From positions 198,898,001-198,962,000 of the forward strand of contig NC_086100.1 in assembly GCF_963921235.1 (NCBI RefSeq): a DNA stretch of 64,000 bases, given 5' to 3'. The translations under genes were made by a program, and so were the position numbers. The notes beneath the pieces were generated by a model. That model was not told the DNA's origin. It made no database searches and saw nothing but the letters and a program-made list of their open reading frames with translations. The stretch's first letter is position 1. Each line of letters starts with the position of its first letter. Shown here one piece after another: positions 12,816 to 27,200 of the stretch. The DNA is from Mobula hypostoma. Lineage: Eukaryota.

Positions 12816-14019
12816 TGGCTACTGGCCTGCACTGACACCCAGCCAGAGCATCAGGTTAGACGTGGGCAGGGAAACCACCTCCCAGCGGACCTCAGCTGGG
12901 CAGTGACGAACTGCACAGACAACCCCTTGGAACATCCCCCGGCGAGGTGGCAGCATTCTCCATGGTGCGGAAGGAACCTCTCCTCACGGGCCGCCGGCCG
13001 TGGGACGGGGGGCCCTGCGGCCCTATCCCGTGGGACAGCAGCCTGTGGCGACTCTGTGCACGCAGCTCCAACGAGAATCATCCAATATTCCCATTCAGAC
13101 TGCTCCAGCTGAAATCCACAGCCACTGCTGTAAGCAGCATCGTTCTACATTGACATTTTACACATACTTATTGTGATTTGTAGTTTATTTATTACTATGT
13201 ATTGCAACGTACTGCTGTTGTAATACAACAAATTTCACTATGTATGCCAGTGATTCTGTTCCATGAGGCTGGGCACTGGCCAAGGGAATCAGTCCCACCC
13301 ACACAGGGGCCACGGGGAGGGTGGACGGGGTCAAGGCGAGGGGCAGCCCAGGGTGAGAGAGCAAATGGTCCACCCTCACTTCTCCCAATTGCCTCTTCCC
13401 CCCACAGCAGTCAGCCTCCCGCAGTGAGGTGCTGTGCGGGCAGGGAGACTCATGGGGAGGGACAGGGCAGGCGATGAATTGGGGTGAGGAGGACACAGAG
13501 AGGGGGAGGAAGAGGGTCAGGCTGGAGGGACTGGGCTGGAAGGAGATCTGGGAGGGAGGAGGAGGAAGATCTGTGGGTGGAGAGAAGGATGGAGGATCTG
13601 AGGGCAGGCAGAGAGGAGGGAGAGGGAGGGAGGGAGGAAGAGGGTATGTGGGCGGGGAGGGGTGTTACGAAGATGAACGCCATTCCCCAAGAATTGCCTC
13701 CTCTCCCCGGGCGGGCCGGTTCTGAGGAACTGCCTGACGTGGGCTGCATATCTCAGTAGTGACCCCACACTCTCCAAATCTCTGGAGACACAGACTGGAC
13801 ACACTGACATGGACTGGGGACATGGACCGGACACACCGACATGGACCAGGGACACGGTTGGACACAGACCGGACATGGACTGGACATGTAGATACAGACG
13901 TGACACATGCACACAGACCGGACACACAGACCAGATACAGGAACACTGATGAGACACATAGACAAGTACCAGACACACGGACTGGACACAGAGACAGAGC
14001 GTACATGAAGTGCGGACTA

Positions 14020-15216
14020 CATGGGGGTTAAAAAGTCCACCATTTTATTCGGACAATTAAATACACATTTGTTCTCAGACTAGGTATGGCGGAAGTACAG
14101 TTTGTAAATTACCCTGTAAACGTTAGAACCCGTAGAGCAGGTCACCGGGGCTGGGGGTGGGAGCTCCCATGTGTGTGGGTAGGAGGCTCCCATGGGTGGG
14201 CTCCAGCTTCAGGGGGGTGGTGGAGTCAGGAATCCGTCGGCATCCACCTGGACAGAACTGAGTGAGGCGATGCCCACCCACCCTCCCCTACACAGGAACA
14301 GTCTGACTGGCCCCTCGGCAGGGTTGCACCCAGCAGCATGGGCTCTGTAACATGGGACACGCCAGGGGTCTGCCCGAGATTGACTGGGATATTGCAACAC
14401 AGCTGCTGGGCTCTGTAAAGCGGGCAAGTGTAACACAGGGGAACCACCGACCCCGGGGCAGGGAAAGTGGACGGAGCTGGGTTAGCACCGAGAGGGAGGG
14501 GAATCTGTACCGTGGACTGGGGGGGGAGTCACGCTGTGTCAGTCACCGGGCACCAAGGTCAGTGAGCGAGTCCCAGGTGTGGAGCCAGAGAACTTCGTTT
14601 TCTCATCTGCCCACCACTGGGGACTGATGTGGCGTCCTAAGACAGATGTGTTGTTCTGCACCAGCTGTGGAGTTGTGGGCCAGCAATGCCAGTCAGTGAG
14701 CTCGGTCCAGCTGTGCAGTTCCAGGCCAATCCAGAACATTGGAATAGCGTGTCCCAGTCCAGCTGTGGTCCTGCTCTAGTTACAGTGTTCCTGGGCGGCA
14801 GTGATTCTGGAATAATGTTGTTCCTGTCCAGCTGTGGAGCACGATCCAGGTCCGGTGACCTGGTCCAGCTGCGGTGGCCTGGTCGAGCTGCGGTATGGTG
14901 CTCCCGTGGTCTGCCACAACCCATTTGCACCGTTCTCCTGTTCACAGTGTGGGTGTGAAGGGGTCTCCTGCATCCCGGAGAGGCGAGCCCCACATCAGCC
15001 TCCTCCAGGGAACACCCAGGCTCTTTCCCAGAGGCCAGGGGTGGGATGGGGGGGTGGTGGGGTGGTGGGTTGGGAGCGATCCCGCAGGACATGTGGGAGC
15101 CGGTTTGAGGAGAGGGCCGGTGTCTCCTTGCCAGGGAGAGGCCAGTCCTGCTTCAAACCTGGAGGGTGAGGTGTGCTGGGGTGGGGGCAGTGTGTGTGTG
15201 TGCGCGTGGGCTCTGA
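14020..15216 (-). other. LOXL3: Probable LOXL3 3' UTR (about 1.2 kb)
   Basis: Sequence without recognisable interspersed repeats between the stop codon and the first minus-strand AATAAA I found. Confidence 0.6.
14044..14049 (-). terminator. Polyadenylation signal AATAAA with GU-rich downstream element
   Basis: tttatt on the + strand, followed in the transcript direction by a TGTC/GTGT-rich tract (about 13790-14000). Confidence 0.7.
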
Positions 15217-15290
15217 TTAGGGGATCAGGTTGTTCAGCTGGCCTGGATACTTTTCAAACTTCCTCTCGGCTTCTTCACTGAAGGCATCGC
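15217..15290 (-). CDS. LOXL3: LOXL3 terminal coding exon (exon 14)
   Basis: [24 protein letters not shown] with TAA at 15219-15217; acceptor ctacccccAG; phase 1. Confidence 0.94.
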
Positions 15291-18200
15291 CTGGGGGTAG
15301 GAAACAAAGAGTGGTCAGCTGGGGGAGAGGGGGAGGCAAATCCTTTAGACAGCTGGGGACACTCTGCCTGAAGGAGGGGGCACAGAAGGGGAAACAGAGC
15401 CGGTATACAGGGAACGTTTTACAGAGTATCAGGGTCTCACAGCACAGAAACAGGCCCTTTGCCCAGCTGGTCCATACTGGCAAAGATGCCCAGCTAAGGC
15501 AGTCCCATCTGTAATCATTGGAAACTCTGCAGATGCTGGAGATCTGGAGCAACACACACACAAAATGCCGGCGGAACTCAGCAAGTCAGGCAGCATCCAT
15601 GGAAATGAATAAACAGTCGAAATGTTTTGGGCCGAGACCCTTCTTCAGGGCTGAGAAAGAAGAGAGAAGAAGCCAAAATAGGAAGGTGTGGGGAGGGGAA
15701 GGAGTACAAGCCGGCAGGTGATAGGTGAGACCAGGTGAGGGGGAAGGTGGGTGGGAGGGGAATGAAATGAGAATTTGGGAGTTGATAGGTGGGAAAAAGG
15801 CAAAGGGCTGAAGAAGGAATCTGACGGGAGAGGAGAGTGGACCATGAGAGAGAGGGAACGAGGAGCAACACCAGAGGGAGGTGATGGACAGGTGAGAAGA
15901 GAGGTAAGACGATATCCAGATTGGGGAATGGAAGAAGAGAGAAGGAAAGAGGGGAAGGAATTACCAGAAATTAGAGAATTGAAGAAGAGACCTATCTCAC
16001 TTCCCAGTTTCTCACTTCATCCTCCCTCCTCTACCCACCTGGTCTCACCTATCACCTTTGACCTTGTCCTATGACCTCTCTCCCCTCCTTTCCAGTTCTG
16101 ATGAAACTGTCAACTGTTGATTCCTCTCTATAGATGCTGCCTGACCTGCTGAGTTCCTCCAGTGTTTTGTGTGTGTGGCTGTGGTCCCATTTGCCTGTGT
16201 TTGTCCCACATCGCTCTGATCCTTGTACCTGTCCAAATCTCTTAAATGTTGTAAATGTTACTCCTCCAGCAGCTCAGTCCATAAACTCACCACCTTCTGG
16301 GTGAAAAAGTTACTGCTCAGATTCCTATTAAATCTCTCTCCCCTCACCTTCAACCTTTGCCCTCTGGTTCGTGATCCCCCCAACCCTGGGGTACAAGACT
16401 CTGTGCATTCACCCTATCAATGCCCCTCAAGATTTTGTACACCTCAGTAAGGTCACCTCTCAGTCTCCTACTCTGCAACGAATAATGATCCAACCTGCCC
16501 AACTCAGAACTCAGTCTCCAGACTGCCAGCAATGTCTTTCCAGATTAATGAACAGACACATCAACACGAAGGGATAAGGGCAAAGGGAAAGTTAGATTAA
16601 TTCTGCATCGTGTTCAGTACAGACATTGTGGGCCGAATGGCCTGCTCCTGTGCTGCAGTGCATCCATCTACAAGACCCATATAAGGCCACTCTGAGGTTA
16701 AACATAGAAACATAGAAAACCTACAGCACAATACAGGCCATTCAGCCCACAAAGCTGTGCCGAACATGTCCTTACCTTAGAAATTACTAGGGTTACCCAT
16801 AGCCCTCTATTTTTCTGAGCTCCATATACTTGTCCAAGAGTCTCTTAAAAGACCCTATCGTATCCACCTCCACCACTGTCGCCAGCAGCCCATTCCAGGC
16901 ATTCACCACTCTCTGCGTAAAAAACTTACCCCTGACATCTCCTCTGTACCTACTTCCAAGCACCTTAAAACTGTGCCCTCTCGTGTTAGCCATTTCAGCC
17001 CTAGGAAAAAGCCTCTGACTATCCACATGATCAATGCCTCTCATCATCTTATACACCTCTATCAGGTCACCTCTCATCCTCCATCGCTCCAAGGAGAAAA
17101 GGTTGAGTTCACTCAACCTGTTTTCATAAGGCATGCTCCCTAATCCAGGCAATATCCTCGTAAATCTCCTCTGCACCCTTTCTATGGTTTCCACATCCTT
17201 CCTGTAGTGAGGCAGAACTCAGCACAGTCCTCCAAGTGGGGTCTGACCAGGGTCCTATATAGCTGCAATGTTACCTCTCGGTTCCTAAACTCAATCCCAT
17301 GATTGATGAAGGCCAATACACCGTATGCCTTTTTAACCACAGAGTCAACCTGCACAACCAGTTTGAGAAGTAACACCTCATATTCCATCTACGTAGCCTC
17401 CAACTTGTTGGCATGAACATTGATTTCTCCAACTGCAGATAATTTTCCCCTTTCCCCTTCCAATTCCCCATGCTGGACCCCCTTTTAACTCTTCCCTTCA
17501 GCTGCCTATCTCTTTCCCCCAGTGCCTCTCTCCTTCTCTTTCTCCCATGGTCCACTCTCCGCTCCTATCTACTTCAGCCCTTGACCTGGCTCCACCTATA
17601 ACCTGCCAGCTTGTATTCCTTCCCCTCCCCCACCTTCCTATCCCGGCATCTTCCCGTTCCTTTCCCGTCCCGAAGAAGGTCTCGGCCCAAACTGCCGAAA
17701 CACAGCGTAATGCTACTAGAGCACCAGCGACCCAGATTCAATTCCTGCTGCTGTTCATGAGGAGTTTGCACGTTCTCCCTGTGACCGTTTGGGTTTCCTC
17801 CGGGTGCTTCAGTTTCCTCCCACAGTCCAAAGGCACAAAGGTTAGTAGGTTAACTGTCACATGCAGGTAATTTGGTGACACTCGTTCGTTGTTACTGTGC
17901 TGAATCTCTAACTTATAGGAAAATTGTTATTGTTTTCCCTTGTTCTACCACAATACACTATGTAATGATCATTATGAACATGAGACAAGCTTTACACTGT
18001 ATCTCGGGACATGTGATGAAAATAAACCAATGACAATCTCTGCCCCTCTGGCTTTGAACACTCCTACCAGGTCTCCCTCCTCCCTCAGCGCCTCACCTCA
18101 AAGGCAAACCATCCCAACTTAGCCGCACCGTCCTTCTCTCCTGAATCGTCCCATTGCAGACGTCATAATGGTGCATCTCCACCCAGACCCAAGCACCCTT

Positions 18201-21200
18201 CTCCAGCTCCGGCCTGTCCAATGGTACCGGGATCTCTCTGTGCCCCATTGTTGAGGGCATAGGTTTTACCCTATTGACCTATGCTGCCAACTGCAGGGAC
18301 TTTATGATCCCTCTGTTCCTCGAATATTCATTCTGCCTGTCCTACCCAGGTTACTCTTTTTCACCCATGCAACAGAGCAGCAAACTGCAGGCCCTTCACC
18401 CCACGAATTTGTGCTGACTTAACCTACTCCAAGATCATTCTATTCCTTCCCTCCCAAATAGCCCTCCATTTTTCTATCATCCACGTGTCCATCTAAGCAT
18501 CTGTTAAATGTCCCCAATACCACCACCCCTGGGTGCGAGTTCTACACATCCACCACCTTGTGTGTAAAAAATAAAAAACCTTCTCTGACATCCCCTCTGT
18601 ACTTTCCTCCATTCATTTTAAAATTACACCCTTTCATATTAGCCAATTCCACCCTGCAGAAAAGTCTCTGACTGTCCACTCTATCTTTGCCTCTCATCAT
18701 CTTGTACACCTCCATCAAGTCACCTCTCATCGTCCTTCACTCCAAAGAGAAAAGCCCTACCTCACTCTACCTGTCCTCATCAAACATGCTCTCTAATCCA
18801 GGCAGCATCCTGGTAAATCTTACCAGATTTAAAGCCATCTGCCTTTGATTTAACCACGTTACCACCTGATAAACATCTCTTGACTATGCTCCTTTCTACA
18901 AAACACTGCTTTTTTTTAGGGTATTCTGCAAACTACTAATCACACCTCCGATGTTTCTACCCGCGTGGGATCGCAGCTCCGATCCCATGGTACACCACAC
19001 GTCACAGACATCCAATCCCAAAGGCAAGCCTCCATCCACCACCTGCTGACCCTTCAGTTGCCTCTCACTAACATCCACCAGTCTGCCCCAGATCCCACAG
19101 ACCATGACCGGTGCCAAACTCCGGCTGGCACAACGGGGAATTGTCGGGGGCTGAAGGGCAATGCGGGATTGGGAAGGAGTTACCTATGTGACAGTTGTGC
19201 ATCCAGATGCGGTGCCCGTCGTATTTACAATTACATTTCATGGCGTTGTTGGTGAAGTCACTTTCAGAAACCTCATAGTTTGGGTTAATGATAACCTGGC
19301 GAGGAAACCCACAGTCAGTGACCCACAATGACGACTGTACCCACACCGCCAATTATACCCAAACCTCACCCTGTCTCTGTGCAGTGACCCACACTGCCAA
19401 CTGTACCCACACCTCAGCCCGTCCCACAGTGACCCACACTGCTGACTGTACCTACACCTCAACCCGTCCCTCAGTGACCCACACTGCCGAGTGTACCTAC
19501 ACCTCAGCCCGTCCCACAGTGATCCACACTGCCGACTGCACCCACACCTCACCCCGTCCCAGTGACCCACACTGCCGACTGTACCCACACCTCACCCCGT
19601 CCCAGTGACCCACACTGTCGACTGTACCCACACCTCACCCCGTCCCTCAGTGACCCACACTGCCGACTGTACCTACACCTCAACCCGTCCCTCAGTGACC
19701 CACACTGCCGACTGTACCTACACCTCAACCCGTCCCTCAGTGACCCACACTGCCGACTGTACCTACACCTCAACCCGTCCCTCAGTGACCCACACTGCCG
19801 ACTGTACCTACACCTTAACCCGTCCCTCAGTGACCCACACTGCCGACTGTACCTACACGTCAACCCGTCCCTCAGTGACCCACACTGCCGACTGTACCTA
19901 CACCTCAGCCCGTTCCTCAGTGACTCACACTGCCGACTGTACTCACACCTCACCCCGTCCCAGTGACCCACACTGCCGACTGTACTCACACCTCACCCCG
20001 TCCCAGTGACCCACACTGCCAACTGTACCTACACCTCAACCCATCCCTCAGTGACCCACACTGCCGACTGTACCCACACCTCACCCCGTCCCAGTGACCC
20101 ACACTGCCAACTGTACCCACACCTCACCCCGTCCCAGTGACCCACACTGTCGACTGTACCCACACCTCACCCCGTCCCTCAGTGACCCACACTGCCGACT
20201 GTACCCACACCTCACCCCGTCCCAGTGACCCACACTGTCGACTGTACCCACACCTCACCCCGTCCCTCAGTGACCCACACTGCCGACTGTACCTACACCT
20301 CAACCCGTCCCTCAGTGACCCACACTGCCGACTGTACCTACACTTCAGCCCGTCCCACAGTGACCCACACTGCCAACTGTACCTACACCTCAACCCGTCC
20401 CTCAGTGACCCACACTGCCAACTGTACCTACACGTCAACCCGTCCCTCAGTGACCCACACTGCCGACTGTACCTACACCTCAGCCCGTCCCACAGTGACC
20501 CACACTGCCAACTGTACCTACACCTCAACCCGTCCCTCAGTGACTCACACTGCCAACTGTACCTACACCTCAGCCCGTCCCACAGTGACCCACACTGCCG
20601 ACTGTACCCACACCTCACTCCTTCCCACAGTGACCCACACTGCCGACTGTACCCACACCTCACCCCTTCCCACAGTGACCCACATTGCCGACTGTACCCA
20701 CACCTCATGCCAGTCCCCCTGACCCTCCTGTGATGGTTGGTTTGTGATTGTTCACACTGGGAGGTCTCTTTAATCACCTCCTCATTCCCTCCCCGCCCTG
20801 TTTCTCCTCCTTCCTCACCTTCCTATCACACACGCCCTTTCTGTCCACCATCCTTATACCCTCCCTCTCCTTCCCCATCCCTTTTGTCTCCAACCTCTCC
20901 CTCCCACACACTCAGCCAACACCATCCTCCCCATCCTGTCACCCAAACCTCCCCCTCATCTTCTCACTCCTCTCCCACCAAACTCAGCCCCATCCCCTCA
21001 ATCCCACCCTACCTCCCACTCATGTGTAACGTCAGTGTCACCCTTCCCTCTCATCCCATCACACCCTCCGCATCCTGTATCCCACCCCACCTCCGTCTCT
21101 CCTCTCCCACCTCCTCCTCCCCATCCTCTGTACACACACACCACCCCGCCCCCTGTCTCCCCTCTCCCACCTCCCCCTCCCCATCCCCCATCCTCCACCC

Positions 21201-24200
21201 CTGCAGCCCCAACCTGCATGATGTAGTTGCCAGGCTTCACGTCAGTGATGTCGATCCACTGGCAGTCGATGTCGTGTCGGTACGAGTCCCAGCAGCCCAC
21301 TGTGATTCCCTGCTCCCCGAAGTTTGCACATTCGTACCGCTTGTGTCCACCTGTGTGGGTGGAGACAGGAGTTTAGTTAACCACTCCACCCCTCTCAACC
21401 CCATCATGGTGCCTTCTCCCCGTAACCTTTCACACCCGGACTAATCAAGAACCTATCAACCTCTGCTTTAAATATATCCAATGACTTGGCCTCCATGGCC
21501 AGATCTGTGGCCACGAGTTCCACAGATTCATCACCCTCCGGCTAAAGAAATTCCTTCGTGGCTCTGTTCTAAATGAACGTCTCTCTACTCGGAGGCTGTG
21601 TCCTCTGGTCCGAGACTCCCCCACCATCAGAAACATCCTCTCCACATCCACTCTATCTGTGTCCTTTGGTTCTCGACTCCCCAATATCGGAAACATCCTC
21701 TTCACATCCACTCTGTCCAGGCCTTTCAACATTCGATAGGATCCCCCCCATTCTTCTAAACTCCGGTGAGTACAGGCCCAGAGCCATTAAACGCTCCTCA
21801 GACATTAACCCTTTCATTCCAATGCCAGCAGATTCATGTGAATGGTGAACAATTCTACAATCCGATCCCTGCCGTTCTCCGCCCAGTCCGAAAAAGTTCT
21901 GATTATTCCAACTATGTTGTTAGCGCCACAGTCTAACGCACTCCCTGAGCTCCTCTCTCTTTATGCTCCAAGCTCTTGTATGGCACCTTGTCGAATGCCT
22001 TTTGGAAATCTACATACATGACATCTACAAAAGACCTCTGATCAACTCTCCCTGTCAGAGCCATGGAGAATCTGTGTAAATTTGTTAAACGAGATGTCTC
22101 AGACCTCCAGCACCCAGGGCATGCCCTTTTCTCAGGTAAGAGATACAGAGGCCTGAAGGCACACACTCAGCGATTCAGGAACAGCTTCTTCCCCTCTGCC
22201 ATCCGATTCCTAAATGGACATTGAATCTTTGGACACTAACTCACTTTTTAAAAAAATATACAGTATTTCTATTTTTGCACATTTTTAAATCTATTCAATA
22301 TAGATAATTGATTTAGTTGTTTATTTATTTATTTTTCTCCTAGATTATGTATTACATTGAACTGCTGCAGCTAAGTTAACAAATTTCACATCACATGCCG
22401 GTGATAATAAACCTGATTCGGATTCTGCTTTTCATTAAACCACTCTGACGAGGTGTGATTACAGATCACTTGGGGAGGCTGGAGCCCGGAGCCCATCATC
22501 GAGAACATCTGCAAGAGGTGGCATCTATCGTTAAGGACCCCCATCACCCAGGCCACGCCCTCTCCTCAGGGAGGAGGTACAGGAGCCTGAAGACACAGAC
22601 TGAATGGCTTAGGAACAGCTTTTTCCGTTCCACCATCAGATTTCGGATCATTCCCCCGCGACCTCAGTATTTTGCTCTCTTTTTGTGTTTTTTATTATAT
22701 ATTCTTATTGTAATTTAAAGCAATCTTTGTGTATTACACTGCTGCCATAAGAAAACAAATCTCACGACATAGATCAGTGATATTTAAAGCGGAGCTCGAT
22801 AGATTCTTGCTTACTCAGCCAGGATCGAGTGGCAGAGCAGACTCTATGGGTCAAATGGCCTAATTCTGCTCCTTTGTACTAAAGCCTAATAAATGGGATT
22901 GTCACCGGGTTCTGTGGGGTTTTTGGGTCAGAGCCAACATCCCAGGGAGTTCTGAGAAAGTAGTTTGGAGCAGAGGAGGCTACTCGGCCCAGCAAACATG
23001 TCCCAACATTCAGTGTAACTGTGACCCATCTATCCTGCCCTCAGGGAGAAGGTACAGGAGCTTCATGACCCACACCACCAGGTCCACAACATTGACCTCC
23101 TTGTTCCTCTGCCTGACCTGCCGGGTCCCTCCAGCATTTTGTGTTTGTTGCTCAACAACTTATAGTCTCACTTTCCTGGACTTGCCAGTTCATGTTCTCA
23201 GGATTCGTCACTTATTTGTTACGGTGAATGCCCACGAGAGAATGAATCTCAGGGTTGAGTATGGTGATCTGTGTCTACTTTGACTGTACATTTTCTTTCA
23301 ATCTTTTGAACGTCCACTTTGAATACTTCCCACATTCTGGCTCCCACCAACCATCTGGGTGAGAAACCCAGAGATTCATTCCCCACCCCCACACAGAGAA
23401 TTCCCGATGATTCAGAATCCAAATCAGGTTTATTACCTATGGTTTTTTTTTAGATTATGAGGACACTCAGTCCTCATTTATTGTCATTTAGAAATGCATG
23501 CATTAAAAAATGATACGACGTTCCTCCAGAATGATATCACAGAAACACAGGAACTTCAATGAATTCCAAAGATTCACTATCCTCTGTCTAAAGAAATCTT
23601 TCCTCATCTCTGTTCTAAATGGACATCCCTCTATTCTGAGGCTGTCCCCTCTGGTCCTAGACTCCTCCACGATAGGAATCATCCTCTCCACATCCACTCT
23701 ATCTAGGCGTTTCAATATGCGATAGGTTTAGACCATAAGACACAGGAGCAGAATTAGGCCATTCAGCCCATCGAGTCTTCTCCGCCATTCCATCATGGCT
23801 GATCTAGATCCCACTCAACCCCATACACCTGCCTTCTCACCATATCCTTTGATGCCCTGACTGATCAGGAAACAATCAACTTCCACCTTAAATATACCCA
23901 CAGACTTGGCTTCCATTGCAGTCTGTGGCAGAACATTCCACAGATTCACCACACTCTGGCTAAAAGAAAAATCCTCTTTACCTCTGTTCTAAAGGGTCAC
24001 TCCTCAATTTTGAGTCTATGCCCTCTAGTTCTCGATATCCCCACCACAGGAAACATCCTCTCCACATCCATCCTATCTGGTCCTTTCAACATTTGGTCAG
24101 TTTCAATGAGATCCCCCTGCATTCTTCTAAATTCCAGTGAGTACAGGTCAAAGCTGCCAAATGCTTCTCATATGTTAACCCCTTCATTCCTGGAATCATC

Positions 24201-27200
24201 CTCGTGATCTCCTCTGGACTCTCCCCAATGACAACACATCCTTTCTGAGATATGGGACCCAAAACTGTTGACAATACTCCAAGTGCGGCTTGACTGGTGT
24301 CTTGTAAAGCCTAGCATTATCTCCTTGTTCTTATGTTCTATTTTCTTTGAAATAAATGCCAACATTGCATATGCCTTCTTTACCACAGACTCAACCGTCA
24401 TTGTGAAATTCCCACTGACCACCATGAGATTCCCAGATCGCAGTGACACTCCCACAGATCCCAGCTGCATTTCTACTGATCACCTCGATATTCCCAGATC
24501 CCAGCAAAGTTCCAACAGATTCCCACAGACCGCGGTGATGTTCCCATGGATCACCATGATATTCCCAGATCCCAAACACATTCTCATGGTTCCCGGCAAT
24601 GTTCCCACGTATCCCGGGGCGTTCTCATGGATGCCAGTGATATTCCCAGGGATTACCAATAATGACCAGAGTCAGGGAAATTATTGGTAATCCGCGGTGT
24701 CTTCCATGGGAAATCCTGTTGCATATTCCCGTGGAAGACACTATGGCTCCATCAGATGAGGCAGCCTTGATTCAGGCCAGTCCCGGAGATGGATGGGAGG
24801 AGGGATTGGTGTGGGACCCTGTCCAGGAGACTCCAATCTGCAGCCATCTACATGTGTGGGATCACTGGGTGGTTCCCCAGTCTGGTTCAAGGACACCCTA
24901 CCAAACAGACGGAGAACACTCGCCCATCACCCACCGTCCGCACAGTCGGAATCCTCCAGGCAAAAGCTGGCCTTGTGCCCCTCTGCCACCTTGGTGCCAT
25001 TCAGCGTCAGAATGTCGTAATGTGTGAAGATGTCCATACTATGGTAGTGGCTGTGGGTGGGAGAGACAGGGACCAAGGGAGAGAGAAAGGGGGGAGAAGG
25101 GGGAGGGAGGAGAGTGAGGAGGGTGAGGGGGAAGAGGGAGGAGGAGAGGGGAGGGAAAGGGGGGAGGGGGAGATGGGGAGGGGGAGAGGGGAAGAGGGGG
25201 GAGGGAGGAGGGGGGAGGGAGGAGGGGGAGGGAGGAGGGGGAGGGAGGAGGGGGGAGACAGTTAATCTGAGCCCACAATCTGTGCTGATCACAACCACTC
25301 TGCCATTCGCATACTTGCTGCCCTCCCCTCCCACTCATTGCTCCCACCCCCTCCATTCCGACTCTACCACCCCTCCCCCCACGGAAGGGTGACATGCTGT
25401 CTGCCTGCTTGCCTTTGGGAACTTGGGATCTCCCTTCACCAGCTTCCTTTGCCCCAGGGGTGAGATCAATAGAAACCCCCACCGTCCTTTGCCCCAACCG
25501 TGACCCCCCCCCCCACCAGCCTTGGGCCTGGGTCCAGGGGCCGGTGGCCAGAGTCCTGCTGTACACTCACCCGTGGCACTCGTGCCAGACCCAGGAGTGG
25601 CGGCCAGCCTTGGGGCGGAAGTCGGCGCGGCCAATGTTGTGGATCTCCGAGGAGAATCGGAGGAGGCGCCGGTGTCCGTAGGGCCAGTTGGCGTTCTGGG
25701 CTGAGCTGGAGAGGCAGTTCTCCTCGGCTGCGCAGTACAACATGTGCAGAGGTCGGTCCTCGATGTAAGCCGTCTGCTCAACCAGCTTCGCATTCAGGAT
25801 CAGGTCCGAAGAGGCTGTGGGGACAGAGACCGGTGGTCACCCTGCGCTGGGGCAGAGGGGAGAGGGGCACTGGGGCACTGGGCTTGTGGGGCGAGCACTG
25901 GGTAGGGAGGGAGAGACCCTGGGTCACCAGGACCATGGGGAGAGGGGCACTGGGTCACTGGCACTGGGTAGGGAGGGACAGTGGGGAGAGAGAGACCCTG
26001 GGACGCCAGATCCATGGGGAGAGGGGCACTGGGTCACTGGTACTGGGTAGTGAGGGAGAGACCCTGGATCGCCAGGACCGTGGGGGGGGGGGGTCACTGG
26101 GAGTGTGGGAAGAGGGATACTGGGTCATTGGGCCTGTGGCGTGAGCACTGGGTAGGGAGGGAGAGTGGGAGTGTGATACAGGGTCATTGGAGCAGTTAGA
26201 TCTCATTGTGTTGCCCGGAGAGTGGGGAAACACTGGATCACTGGGCCAGTGAGGGTGTGGTGGAGTACTGGGACAGGGGAGTTTTGACCGTTTACACTGG
26301 ATCACTGAGAGAGCGGCTGTGATTGGCTCACTGTGGGACCGGATCAGAGTGACAGTGTTAGATTACACCAGACCATTGTCCAGAACAGCAGTGGGATATC
26401 ACAGTGGATCACATCATCAGGGAATAGTGATCATTTACATTGGATCATTAAGGACCCCCATCACCCAGGACATGCCCTCTTCTCATTGCTACTGTTGAGG
26501 AGGAGTTACAGGAGCCTGCAGACACACACAACATGTTTCAGGAACAGCTTCTTCCCCTCCACCATCAGATTTCTGAATGGACAATGAACACATCTACACT
26601 ATCTCTATTTATTCCCTCTTTTTCTGTGCTACTTATCTATTTAAATTAATTTAAAAAATATTTCTTATTGTAAATTTTAGTGTTTTTTATTGCTATGTAC
26701 TGCTGCCACAAAACAACAAATGTCACCACATATGCCAGTGCTATCAAACCATCATCAGGGACCCCCAGCATGCAGGTCGTGTCCTCGCCTTGCTGCGACC
26801 ATCCGGAAGAAGCTACAGGAGCCTCAGGACTCACACCACCAGGTTCAGGAACAGTTACTACCATCGCCCTCTTGAACTTCACTCAACTTCAACTCCCCCA
26901 TCACTGAACTCTCCCACAACCTATGGACTCACTTTGAAAGACTTCTCATCTCATGTTCTCGATATTTATTGCTTACTTACTGTTTTTTTCCTTTTGTATT
27001 CGCATAGTTTCCTGTCTTTTACAGACTGGCTGAATGCTGAAGTTGGTGCCATCTCCCATTGTTCCTGTTGTGGTTATCATTTTATTCTGGATTTATGGAG
27101 TATGCCCGCTAGAGATTGGATCTCAGGGTTCCACATGGTGGTATATATTTGTACCTCAGTAATAAATTTACTTTGAACTTTGATTCTGATTTCCCAGCAA

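Noticed and set aside
17700..17770. tRNA gene
   Set aside because: It is a degenerate tRNA-derived SINE head followed by the V-domain, with no cloverleaf.
19288..20777. Cys/His-rich periodic ORFs ([16 protein letters not shown]) resembling metallothionein or keratin-associated proteins
   Set aside because: They are translations of the intronic 45-bp minisatellite in multiple frames.
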